A DNA stretch of 42,516 nt, taken from Mesotaenium endlicherianum. Its lineage: Eukaryota. The first letter of the stretch is position 1. Each line of letters starts with the position of its first letter. The translations under genes and the position numbers were made by a program. Of the stretch, positions 1-10,939 are shown one piece after another. Below the pieces are notes generated by a model that ran no database searches, was not told where the DNA came from, and saw only the letters and a list, made by a program, of their open reading frames with translations. The stretch lies in assembly GCA_009602735.1 (NCBI GenBank), contig WELA01000281.1:200519-243034 (forward strand), read 5' to 3'.

Positions 1-139
1 GGGGGGGGGGGGAAAGAGGACAGAGAGAGGGAGAAGGAGGCCCACTTGATGCTCCCACGTGTCGGTTGCGTGCGGGTGAAAATAGACGTGAGGCAGGCGT
101 CCTCAGCTTGGCAGCAGCTGCTCGCGTGCGAGAGGCACT

Positions 140-500
140 GGCTGCCTGGCTGGCTGGCCGGCTGCATTTGTGCCCGCCTGTCTGGCTGCCTGGCCGGCTG
201 CTGCCTGGCTGTCGGGCTGCCAGCTTGTATGTTCCGCTGTCTGTCCGTCGGTCTTGCTGTCTTCTTCCCGGCCGTTTGTGCGTTTGCCTGGTTCTCCGTT
301 GGTTTGTCTGTCTGTCTGTCTCTCTGTGTGCTTGCCCGCCTGTCTGCCTGCCTGGCTGGGTTCATCCGTCTGTCTGTCTGCCTTCTTGCCTGTCTCGCCA
401 GTCCCTCTGTTGCCTGTCTTGCCTCCTGTCTCTCCATCCGTCTGTCCATCTGTCTGGTTGTCCCGTTGTATGCCTGCTTGGCTGGCTGTCTCTCTGCCCG
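140..500. repeat. Low-complexity (CTGT/CTGC/CTGG)n tract, probably intronic
   Basis: Degenerate tetramer repeats (ctgt, ctgc, ctgg). The ORFs over it are compositionally biased artefacts. Confidence 0.8.
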
Positions 501-1151
501 ACCGACTAGCTCCCTCACTGGCGGGCCTGCTTGCTTTGCTCAAAGTCAATGCCAATGGACCATCATAGGCTTGCTCCTCTCTATCGGAATACTGGCAATG
601 GTCAGCCCCACCGCGCTCTCTGCAGCTGCCCGCTGCCGGCTGGCTGGCAGCCGGAAGTCTTGCCGCTCGCGCTGTCGCAGTCCCTGGTGCCATTGCGCGG
701 GGCGCACTCGCTTGTCACTTGCACACCACCCCACCTCTGAATGCCACCCCTCTTAATGCTCGCACACCGACGCGCACACACTCGTCCCGTCAGGTACTCA
801 TCGGCAAATGAATTTTATACGAGAAGCTTGTCCTCTCCCACGCTCCCCTCGCTGGGACGCGTGGGGTCGGGGCCCTGCTGCTGCTCCTGCTGCTGACAGG
901 TGTCAGCGCGAGCTACCTCCTCCTGCTTGGTCAGGCTTGCCGCCCCTGCTGACAGGTGTCAGCCGGACCCGCATTTCCTCCACCTGCCGGGTCAGGCTCG
1001 GCCCTGCCTGCCGGCCCGGTTTACCTCCCCCCCGCCAGGCTGGGCCCTTGTGCTGCTGACAGGTGTCGTTCCGATCAGTGACCCGATCTGCAACCCGACC
1101 GATGAGTGACCCGCTCGATGACCTGGTCCGTGCCACGTGTCGCTCTGCCAG

Positions 1152-1259
1152 GTGAGGTCTGAGACCGGGCGGCGCGAGGAGTGGCTGGTAACACTGACGG
1201 AGCGGCGCGAGGGCGGCCTCCTGCTCAAGCTCTTTGACCCCGTCTCGCGGCGCTGCCAG
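1152..1259 (+). CDS. Probable internal coding exon of an unidentified gene (VRSETGRREEWLVTLTERREGGLLLKLFDPVSRRCQ)
   Basis: ctgccAG acceptor ending at 1151, CAG|GTGTCG donor at 1260, 108 bp in phase 0, GC3-rich codons like the other host exons. Product not recognised. Confidence 0.55.
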
Positions 1260-1734
1260 GTGTCGCATCACTGCTCTGCCTCTTGGCCCCCCTCCCCACC
1301 CTCCCCCCCNNNNNNNNNNNNNNNNNNNNNNNNNNNNNNNNNNNNNNNNNNNNNNNNNNNNNNNNNNNNNNNNNNNNNNNNNNNNNNNNNNNNNNNNNNN
1401 NNNNNNNNNNNNNNNNNNNNNNNNNNNNNNNNNNNNNNNNNNNNNNNNNNNNNNNNNNNNNNNNNNNNNNNNNNNNNNNNNNNNNNNNNNNNNNNNNNNN
1501 NNNNNNNNNNNNNNNNNNNNNNNNNNNNNNNNNNNNNNNNNNNNNNNNNNNNNNNNNNNNNNNNNNNNNNNNNNNNNNNNNNNNNNNNNNNNNNNNNNNN
1601 NNNNNNNNNNNNNNNNNNNNNNNNNNNNNNNNNNNNNNNNNNNNNNNNNNNNNNNNNNNNNNNNNNNNNNNNNNNNNNNNNNNNNNNNNNNNNNNNNNNN
1701 NNNNNNNNNNNNNNNNNNNNNNNNNNNNNNNNCG

Positions 1735-2361
1735 AAGAAAGCTCTACAACACGCGCAAGATGCTCAAGCAAGAGTGGCGAACAGATCCAGAAGAGAAATT
1801 ACGTACAGAGCGGGTGACAACGTGTTACTATCATCCAAGAATATTTCCCTGAACAACAGGCCTGCCGGCAGCAAGTTCTCTCCCAAGTATTTGGGACCCT
1901 TCAAGATTATCCAGCAAGTCAACCCCGTTGCTTTCAAGCTAGAACTTCCCCAGACTATGCACATCGACCCCGTATTCCACGCTTCCCTCCTTAAGCCATA
2001 TGTGCAACCCGACAACAAGTTCCCAGGACGTGTGACAACCCCACCAGCCCCAACAATAGTGGATGATCATTTGGAGTACGAAGTGGAAGACATAGTGGCT
2101 ATGAGAAATTTCAGGATACAGCAGCAATACTTGATCAAGTGGAAAGGATATCCAGATTCGGAGAATAGTTGGGTGGCGGCGCACTACCTTGACAAAGTTC
2201 AAAGAAAGTTGAAGGCTTCCATGCCGCCAACCCCCATCTTGGACCAGCCCCAAGTCTCTACTAGAAGCCCAAAGAGTTCAGGGAGGCAGCCAGCCACCAT
2301 CAAGAAGCAGCAGAAGACCCCTTGGAGGCAGCCTGCAAGAACAAGAAAGAGGAAAAATTGA
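1735..2361 (+). mobile_element. Ty3/gypsy chromovirus pol 3' end: integrase C-terminus (GPY/F module) plus chromodomain; 5' part lies in the gap
   Basis: KFSPKYLGPFKI..VNPVAFKLELP...PVFHASLLKPY, then EYEVEDIV...YLIKWKGYPDSENSW. A different family from the 14690 element. Confidence 0.92.
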
Positions 2362-2924
2362 CATTAGACACTCTTCTCTTCTCGCAGTTTCTGGACGGAA
2401 AACTAAAACTGGTACTGGTGATAGGTCTCTGCATAATAAATTCTGAAAGTTTACTTGGCTGTAGTCCATGAGTAGCCGGTCATTTAGAGTCCAAGTTTGC
2501 TCAATTTGGAGCACTGGTGAGAGAGCTATGATGCGCTAAGTAGAAGGGGGTCAGGCTGCTGGCATTGTTAGGGCAGAATATGCCTTCTGACATTGTGCCC
2601 TCCCCTGAACTTGGAATGCTTTGAAACTCAAGACGCTGGTAGAACATCTTACAGCGCCCATTTTGAGACTTTGCAGAATTTGGAGAAGTATAGAAGGACT
2701 TATGATTTTCAGAAGTTTCTGCACAGATTTGGAGGAGTGCCTACTCTCTCAGCTCTCAACGACAGTCCAGAAATGAGAATGCTCTCAAATTTGGTGACCC
2801 GGTAGAGTTCTCCGACGCGGTCCGTCTGGCACTCGAATTTTCAGATTTGGAGCAGTTTTGTGGACGCTATGAACTTTTGAATTCGTGGCAGATTCTGCGC
2901 CAACTTGTACAATTTTCTTTATCA

Positions 2925-5864
2925 TTAACACTAGCTTTACGATGGGTCCTTTTTTGGTTCTGGAACCATAATTTGTCCCATAACTAGGTCATTTTCTACG
3001 GGCCCTATCCTTAATTTATTTTTATCCAAATTACTTGAAAATAGGCTCTCTAGGAGCACTAACACGTGAACCCTATTGGCAAATTAGAGACAGGGCAAAC
3101 GGACAAGTATCGACGGAGATACTTCAAATTGCCGGCCAAGAACAGTGCTAAGTTTGGTTCGATATTCACCTTCATTTTCAATCTTTTTCACTCTCTGTTG
3201 ATTGTCGATTGCAGACTCAAATAGCCATGGCTGCCATGGCTTCTTCTTGTACAGGCTTTGTAGTAGAGGTAGGCACTAAGATACTCACTCCTAGCAAGAT
3301 TTGGGGTGAGAGTTGGGCTGCGCAAGAGTTCGGAGAGCACTATGAAGAGTTCTTTTTGGTAGGAATTCTTGAAGAAGAGGTGCATAAAACAAAGGAAACC
3401 AAGTATAAAATCTACTTTGGGTACGATGGGGAGTACAAAACATGGGGTCGCAAGCAGATACTACAATATGTGCCCATTGTACCCGAGTTTAGGTGGTTTT
3501 GCCCTTATGAGGGAGTAGTGAGGGTGGAGGCTTCTTCTAACCCAATTTCGCAAGAAACTAGCAGTAGAGCATTTCAAGTGACACCTGTCACTCCTGTCAC
3601 TCAAAGCACCCCTGAAGTCACTGATACACCACAAGCAGATGCATCTGAGGCTGAGACAGAGTCAGACTCGGCCTTAGATCCTGCAGAACCAAGGCGAAAG
3701 AGAGGTAGACCTGCAAAACAGACTGGACCAGACATGAGTGTGCCCTGCAATAGAGAGGAGAGGAAAAACAGAGTGGTAGTGGCAAGAGAGGGTGCAAAGA
3801 AGAGAGCACACAAAGGCTACAGGAAGAAGAAGAATAGGGTCTCAGATGAAGAAGAATTCAGCAGTGACTCGGAGCTGGAGTCCGAAGGTGAGCCCCTGGT
3901 GGCAACTCAAGATGAAGAACAAGTGCTGGAGCCTGTGACGCCTGTGGAGCCAGCAAATAGAGGAGGAAAAGAGTACAGCTGGAGACCTGCAGAGGAAGGT
4001 GAAGTGCCCCCATGGTTGGTTAAGCCTGTCAGTACTGTGGGCACAGGCCTGGTCAGAGTCAGTACCAGGCTGTTTCATACATTCAGCCCATTTGCTGTGC
4101 TTTGTCTCTTGGTTGGTATAGAGTGGTATGACCAGATGGCTGCTGCAACAAATGAGTATGCTCAAAATGAAGGTGCTAAGAAATGGGTCATTCTTACCAC
4201 CAGTGAGCTCATTCTGTGGCATGGGCTATGCATTGCTATGGCACTCAACCCTTTGCCTAGGTATACAATGTATTGGAGAAGTGACAGTTTTGGTCCTGTA
4301 CTATTTCCAGCTTTTGGAAAGTACATGTCCAGAGATAGGTGGGTCCAGATAAAGTCCTACTTGCACATCATTTCAAATGCTGGTAGAGATGTGTTTCCTA
4401 CAGCTTCTGGAGAATATAGGCTATGGCAGTGTCAGCCATTCATAGACTTGCTCAAGAGTACATTCAAGCAATACTATAATCCAGGTGAGCACTTGACTAT
4501 AGATGAGCGGCTTATCCCGACTAGAAACAGACAATGCCCAGTCCGGGTGTATTGTCCAAAAAAGCCTTATAAGTTTGGTATTGAGTTGTTTACTTTGGTT
4601 GACAGTATAACATACTATTGCTACGATTTTGTAGTATTTGACAAGGTCAAGAGACCAGGCAGGAATACTACGGTTGTGTTGGAGATGGTGAGCACTTTGC
4701 CCCAGGGGCAGACTTACAGCTTTGTCTTAGACAGAGGCTTTACTAGCCCTGTACTTGTAAGAGAGTTGTCTAACCTAGGTCATGGAGCTACTGGTACTGT
4801 TGTCAGTAGAAAGCACTATCCTATCAAGGACCTGGTCCTAGATGTACCTGCAGGCGAGAGAGAGGCAGAACAGGGCAGCTTCAAGGCCCTCGTGAGTGAT
4901 TGGCCTGAACAAGTAGCAGTTGTCTGGCAGGACAAGAAGCCAGTCTACTTCTTGTCTAACTGTAGAGGCTTGAATGTGGTTGAAGTTGAGAGAAGGCAGA
5001 AGGGAGGAGAGACTAGCATTATACCTGCTCCTGATATTGTGAAGCACTATAACCAGTACAAAGACGCCGTTGACCAGTTTGACAAACTTTGCTTGAGGGA
5101 CAACTATTCAGTAGAGACAGAGCAGGTCGCTAGGAAGTGGTGGCACCGCTTGTACTGGGGCCTGTTTGACGGTGCCATTGCAAATGCATACATCTTGTAT
5201 GAGCTGGCTCACCCTGGTGCTGACAGATATTCTTTCATGTTGCGGCTAGTGAAAGAGATGTCGGAGTGGGTACATCCTCGCGACAGGCAGACAAGATCAA
5301 GTTCAGCAGGAGCTTCTGGAGAGCAGAGATGGACTGGCAGGCACTTCCCAAACAAGGTCAACAAAGGAGAGAGAAGGTCTTGTGTAGTGTGCTCTGCTAA
5401 GAAGTTTGACAAAGGGGCTGCAGGCAGGAAGAGTAGATGTCAGTACATGTGTATGCCCTGCAACGTCATCTTGCACCCTAGTCCCTGCTTTGAGATCTAC
5501 CACACTACCAAGAACATTGACCATTTGGATGTAGGCTGGAAGAGGTTGCCTAATGGCTGCCCTAAGAAGTAGTACCATTGGTAGCAATAAAGACTCAAAA
5601 TACAATTTTTTTTGCACACATTATGTGCTCTAAACTTCAATTTTGACGACTCGTCCATGGGGCCTAATGTGGTAGAAGTCATTATTTTTGCTTGACATAA
5701 TTTTACTGCTCTTGTGTAATAGGATGGTAGAGTACCTTGTTATGAATGCTCCGAAAATTATTTGAATGCATTCCATCAAGTTTTGGAAATTATATGACCC
5801 ATTTAGTAAAGCTGCATGGTGCATCTCTTAGTGAAATTATGGGACCAGGTCCAAAAAGCTGGTG
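2925..5864 (+). mobile_element. piggyBac-superfamily DNA transposon (ends tentative)
   Basis: TTAA at 2925-2928 is followed by CACTAGCTTTACGATGGGTCCTTTTTTGGTTCTGGAACCATAATTT. Imperfect inverted matches lie at 5796-5813 (gacccatttagtaaagct) and 5834-5864 (aaattatgggaccaggtccaaaaagctggtg). No clean right-hand TTAA; the true end may be in the gap. Confidence 0.55.
3227..5572 (+). CDS. piggyBac-type DDD transposase (DDE_Tnp_1_7/PGBD-like), 781 aa, uninterrupted
   Basis: MSRDRW..IKSYLH; TIDE (D at 4502); KKPYKFGI; VLDRGFTS (D at 4730); WQDKKPVYFLSN; YNQYKDAVDQFD (D at 5072); KWWHRL; C-terminal Cys-rich domain CVVC...CMPCNVILHPSPCFEIYH. Confidence 0.95.
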   Translation: MAAMASSCTGFVVEVGTKILTPSKIWGESWAAQEFGEHYEEFFLVGILEEEVHKTKETKYKIYFGYDGEYKTWGRKQILQYVPIVPEFRWFCPYEGVVRVEASSNPISQETSSRAFQVTPVTPVTQSTPEVTDTPQADASEAETESDSALDPAEPRRKRGRPAKQTGPDMSVPCNREERKNRVVVAREGAKKRAHKGYRKKKNRVSDEEEFSSDSELESEGEPLVATQDEEQVLEPVTPVEPANRGGKEYSWRPAEEGEVPPWLVKPVSTVGTGLVRVSTRLFHTFSPFAVLCLLVGIEWYDQMAAATNEYAQNEGAKKWVILTTSELILWHGLCIAMALNPLPRYTMYWRSDSFGPVLFPAFGKYMSRDRWVQIKSYLHIISNAGRDVFPTASGEYRLWQCQPFIDLLKSTFKQYYNPGEHLTIDERLIPTRNRQCPVRVYCPKKPYKFGIELFTLVDSITYYCYDFVVFDKVKRPGRNTTVVLEMVSTLPQGQTYSFVLDRGFTSPVLVRELSNLGHGATGTVVSRKHYPIKDLVLDVPAGEREAEQGSFKALVSDWPEQVAVVWQDKKPVYFLSNCRGLNVVEVERRQKGGETSIIPAPDIVKHYNQYKDAVDQFDKLCLRDNYSVETEQVARKWWHRLYWGLFDGAIANAYILYELAHPGADRYSFMLRLVKEMSEWVHPRDRQTRSSSAGASGEQRWTGRHFPNKVNKGERRSCVVCSAKKFDKGAAGRKSRCQYMCMPCNVILHPSPCFEIYHTTKNIDHLDVGWKRLPNGCPKK

Positions 5865-6538
5865 TCAGTTTTGGGCCTAAACTTTAGCATGTTAGCGTAT
5901 ACAAAGTATTGAATGAAATGAAAATCTGTCAAGTGCAGTGTGGTCACTACATCAGGATGTATGCTAGNNNNNNNNNNNNNNNNNNNNNNNNNNNNNNNNN
6001 NNNNNNNNNNNNNNNNNNNNNNNNNNNNNNNNNNNNNNNNNNNNNNNNNNNNNNNNNNNNNNNNNNNNNNNNNNNNNNNNNNNNNNNNNNNNNNNNNNNN
6101 NNNNNNNNNNNNNNNNNNNNNNNNNNNNNNNNNNNNNNNNNNNNNNNNNNNNNNNNNNNNNNNNNNNNNNNNNNNNNNNNNNNNNNNNNNNNNNNNNNNN
6201 NNNNNNNNNNNNNNNNNNNNNNNNNNNNNNNNNNNNNNNNNNNNNNNNNNNNNNNNNNNNNNNNNNNNNNNNNNNNNNNNNNNNNNNNNNNNNNNNNNNN
6301 NNNNNNNNNNNNNNNNNNNNNNNNNNNNNNNNNNNNNNNNNNNNNNNNNNNNNNNNNNNNNNNNNNNNNNNNNNNNNNNNNNNNNNNNNNNNNNNNNNNN
6401 NNNNNNNNNNNNNNNNNNNNNNNNNNNNNNNNNNNNNNNNNNNNNNNNNNNNNNNNNNNNNNNNNNNNNNNNNNNNNNNNNNNNNNNNNNNNNNNNNNNN
6501 NNNNNNNNNNNNNNNNNNNNNNNNNNNNNNNNNNNNNN

Positions 6539-7010
6539 GCATATATTTTATATATATTTTAATGTTTTGGAGTGGTATTGTATGGAGTCAAGTGTGAATA
6601 GGTACTCTAGTAACTTGGTTCATGTCCTTTGAACCTTCCAAGGCATTTTCGAAGTTAGAGGAAAGACCTAGAAGAACTCCATGTGGCAAAAGTCAGATGT
6701 GCCATTTTTAGGTCAAAAGGACATGTGTACATTATTCTAGAAAGAGGTGGCAAGTTTTGGGATGTGTTGGGTGCCAACACATTAACATACACCTTCCTAG
6801 AAATTACTTATGTAGCAAGTATATAAACAAGAGCTAGAACATAGAAAGACATTCCAGAATCACTCTTGTACTTGCCAAAATCCAGAAATATATTAACTTT
6901 CAAGAAGCCATCTCTCTTTCAAGAAGCTACCACTTGTGTTCAAAGATCCTTGTCTTGAATAGATGAAGTATTATATTTCAGTAAGTACTTCATCTATCTG
7001 TTTCACTACA
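6539..7010 (+). mobile_element. Possible 3' portion of an LTR
   Basis: Repeated TTCnnGAA motifs, a TATATAAA box near 6820, a 12-bp hairpin at 6959-6997 and an end in ...ttcactaCA. No second copy is present to confirm it. Confidence 0.3.
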
Positions 7011-7970
7011 CTTCTTTTGCTCATTATGATATTGAAAGGCAACTCACATTTGGTAGCACGTAGTCTTATTTGCTAGTCTACAATTTTCTTCACGCATGAA
7101 TGCAATAGATCTAAGATAATCGTTAAAGAGCTTTCATATTACTTGAAATGCTGAATCTAGTTGATGAAAGGCTATCATTCATCATTTTATAGGAATGTGG
7201 AAGAATGCACGTGTACGGCCTCTTAAACTTTAACCTTGACTACAAATAGAACTTCAAATAAGATGAGTGGGAATTGATGCGTGGGATAAATCATCCTCTC
7301 TGTAATAGGACATGCTCTTGCGGTTCAAACAAAGTCACTCTTAGCCTAGATTTTCTAGTACAAATACATAATAATGTCTATATGAACAATTATTAAAAGC
7401 TGGTCATACAGCACCACAACATGAACATGGCATTCTTGAGACATGGTGAACAACCCTTGCGAATCAAAGGACATCCATCTGGCTTGTCCGGATGCGCTTG
7501 CACTTGATCAATATATGTTTTTGATTTAATTAGCTTAGGTGGGCACTTGCTAGATGAGCGAGAGCCCATAAGTAGGTAAGCATGTGTTTCAACATTAAAT
7601 AAGATTTCGAGTTAATGAGAGTGTAAATAAAATCAAGACTTGCAGCCATGGTCAATTTGCATGGGGAATAGAATACATACTAATTTTAATAGCCATGAAA
7701 GTTGGGCTGCTGCACGTGTGAGATGGGGGTCCTTCGTGCCAACGAGACAAGAGTTGTCCGTTTCAAGCAGATTCAAGCTCGTAATAGCATTTTCGTTATT
7801 TGTTACGTACTTCTTCTCTTGGTGACTCCGTCAGCGACGCTCAGGTGGACCCTTTAGTGTCGCTCCATGAAGTTGGAAATGGAGTTACCGCGCCTGCAGC
7901 AGGAAGTGCGTCGTCTCGAGAGGCGAACGAGCCCATTGCGATTGCGCGCATCTGGAACTGAGGACGTCGA

Positions 7971-8053
7971 CAACCACGATTGGCTCCAGAGACAGTGAGG
8001 CCCGCTTAGAATGCCTCTGATTGGTTAGTAAATGGATGACAGATAAACGTGGC
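7971..8053 (+). promoter_or_regulatory. Light-responsive-type motif cluster upstream of PsbW
   Basis: Reverse CCAAT boxes (GATTGG at 7978 and 8019), and GATAA at 8042 abutting a G-box-like ACGTGGC at 8047. Confidence 0.4.
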
Positions 8054-8277
8054 AGGGGTGGATCTTGTCATCGCGAGCAATCGAGAGCGCAGAGTGGCGC
8101 AGAGGCCAGCAGAGGCTACCGGTTCCGAAGTGAAATTGTACACCCACCCTCCAGACTGGGGTAGAGAATTTTTTGTCATCGCCATTCCAGCGAGCCATCA
8201 ACTCTCTCCCTCATCGTCACTGCCCCATTGCTGCCTGTCCTACTCGCTCTCACTTTCCTTACAACAGACAGCAAACA

Positions 8278-8374
8278 ATGGCTTCCATTGCTGCTACCTC
8301 ATGCGCCTCGGCGGCCGTCTGCTTCTTGCAGAAGGACCTGTCCCGCAAGGCCGCAACCCCCGTCAGAGTGCAGG
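8278..8374 (+). CDS. psbW: Photosystem II subunit W, exon 1 (transit peptide)
   Basis: aaacaATGGCT start context; MASIAATSCASAAV transit peptide; CAGG|GTAAG phase-1 donor. Confidence 0.88.
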
Positions 8375-8598
8375 GTAAGCTGTCTTTATAGTTTTGTCTG
8401 CATCATGTCTCCGCTGCGCAATTAGTTCCAATTAGCTGAAGTACTCTTCTTAGGGCGTCGAAAAGGTTTCCTTTCGGTGTACGTCACGTTGCTCATGCAA
8501 TTCATTGAAGATGCAAACTTACTGATGATGCAGTTTCTTGCAGGTCCCTGCTGAAGTTGCTGACATAATTCGTAATTGCTCCTTTCTCTGTTATTCAG

Positions 8599-8888
8599 GA
8601 CTCCCCTCCCTCAGCCGTGCACGCGTTACGTGCTCAGCAGAGAAGAAGAGCCAGCAGGTTCAGTTTGCCGCAGCTGCTACCGCTGCTGCTTCATTCGTGA
8701 CTGCACACCCTGCCTTGGCTCTTGTCGACGAGCGCCTGTCTACCGAGGGCATGGGCCTCAGCCTTGGACTGAGCAACTCTGCTCTTGGCTGGATCTTGGT
8801 CGGGGTCTCAGCAACCATCTGGAGTTTGTACTTCGTTTTCTCGTCTAAGCTTCCAGAGGGCGATGACGACTCAGGTCTGTCATTGTAG
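8599..8888 (+). CDS. psbW: Photosystem II subunit W, exon 2
   Basis: ttattcAG acceptor in matching phase. [30 protein letters not shown] (thylakoid peptidase site and PsbW signature), one TM helix, acidic C-terminus DDDSGLSL*. Confidence 0.95.
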
Positions 8889-10939
8889 ATATAGACGATA
8901 GAATATGCCAGATAGTACAGTTCAAAGACCGGCCTAATTTCCACAAAGACAGAGGGATGTCCTTCTACTTTTTGAGACTTTAAAGCTGCACTTGTTCATA
9001 TTCCATACATCATGTGTACTGTAGAGTTACCCCCTTAGACAGGTACCATAACTTGACGAAATAGCAGTTGGCGATTTTGCCGCTATTACTTTGTATACAA
9101 TATTCTTATCATCTTTCTGTGGGAATATGAATTATTGTTATTTTGCCTTCTGGGGTTGCCGATGTGCTTTCATTCATCTGGATGGGTTCTCATTGCAATA
9201 CTTGTGGGTGCAAATTATGTGCTAATGGTAGACTTCAAGAGGTGCTTGCCAAAGTAGTGCTGTTACTTTTTTGCGGCCGTCCATATCCTGGCTATGTATC
9301 TCATGAAATGCTGCAAGAGGACAAGTTGGTTTGTCTATGGGTAGCTGTTGAGTGGCAGCTTGGAAAAGTAGTGGATCTGTTTGAGTGGATGACACTTTGC
9401 AACGGCTGCATTTGCTGACCTTCAGAGAATGAGCAGAAGCTTGGGGAGTTGATGATGGTTTTGTCGTGACATTGATGGAGTGCATCTCTTCCTGTTAACA
9501 CCTTCGACGAGGGGAGTTGGTGGACAATACTGTACTTTCTAGAGCAGTTTCTTAGGACTGTCCTCTCAGCTCCTGACATTAATGTACGCTTATGGTTGTA
9601 AATAATGGGTGTGGGTGGCCGCATGGGTGTTCCATGGGGTGGGGGTGCCATGTTCCATAACTTCATCCTGGGCAATGAGGCCAGCCTGACAGGCACTGCC
9701 CCCCAGGCCATGTTCACACTGGACAGCAAGTTGCCGGCGCCCAAATACCCCTCGTCTTGAGAACAAATTACCATGAATTCTGGGTCCTTGTGTTGACATG
9801 CAGTCCTCACGAGGTGCACTTATTTTCTCTTCTCACCGGGTGGGAGAGGGCGTCTCAAACCAGAACTGCAGGGAGAGGCCGGAAGACATGGACACTTTCA
9901 GGACTCCCTGGGCCATGACACCTCCTGTCCTGAGACTGAGCTCGCAGGAGAGGCAGCTACAGTCATGGCTGCTGCTTCCATGGTCTTCAGGTCGAGGGAT
10001 GCCGCCTACTCATTCCTACCACATGCCAAGCAGGGGAGAGGACTAGCTCTTTTGGTCAATGCTCTGGATGACTAACAGCAGAGTTTGTACTTCAAATGCT
10101 CTATGTTTGCTGAGGCCTGCATCAAGGCCTGCACTTTAGCAGTAGCAAAGTAGTCTGTTTGCAGCTCTTTTACACTGCCTCGAGAATGAAGAGAATATTG
10201 TCTGTGCTGGACATGGCCCAATCTCTTGCGCACTGCGCTGCGTCACGACTGTGAACAGCTGTTTGACTTGGTCAATAAGTGCCGAGGCTACCACTGCATG
10301 TCCATTCCTAACGTTCAGGCCCACTACAGAACAATTCATGGAGCAGCTACAATGTGAGTCCCTTCCGTTCCCTTTGCTTCACAGCTTGACCTCTCCATGA
10401 ACAGCAATGAGATACAAAATATCAAGCAAAGGAAAGCAAGAACACTTTAAGCTCTGGGAGCTGAGAGGCTCACCTATTGCAGGCGGCAGTATGTTTCCTC
10501 CACCCTTTTTTTCGATCTTATCCGCTTATCCTTTTTTACCTCCTGCTTGCCCTTACAGCTGTCACCCAGCTTGCATGCTTGTCAGCCTCCTCCATCGCAC
10601 ATCAAGTCTGCACACCTCATTATGCTCAAGTCTGCAACAGTCTGTAACTATAAGGTCTGCCCCTATGCCCAAGCCTTTGCCAAGTCACTGGAGGTACCTG
10701 CCTCCTCCCCTCCCCCTCCCGCAAGTTTAAGTGTGTCAGTCTTGTAAAATATACATGCAAGACAGATGTCTGTGGGATGTCTTTTTAAATCCAATGTCTT
10801 AATGATGTAATCTGTGTATGTCTCAATACTTCACGTACACTCAGTATTAATTTTGACTTATCATCACAACAGCCTAGGATCCACTAACAACGTGCTTAAA
10901 GAGAGATGCCGACGAGCTAGGTGATGACGCGGTGTGCAG

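Noticed and set aside
46..756. Long overlapping ORFs on both strands
   Set aside because: Products of a stop-poor low-complexity repeat.
8538..8598. Alternative PsbW acceptor at 8543, or the ORF-track start at 8538
   Set aside because: Wrong phase for exon 1 (gives an immediate stop); the 8598 acceptor restores the canonical protein.
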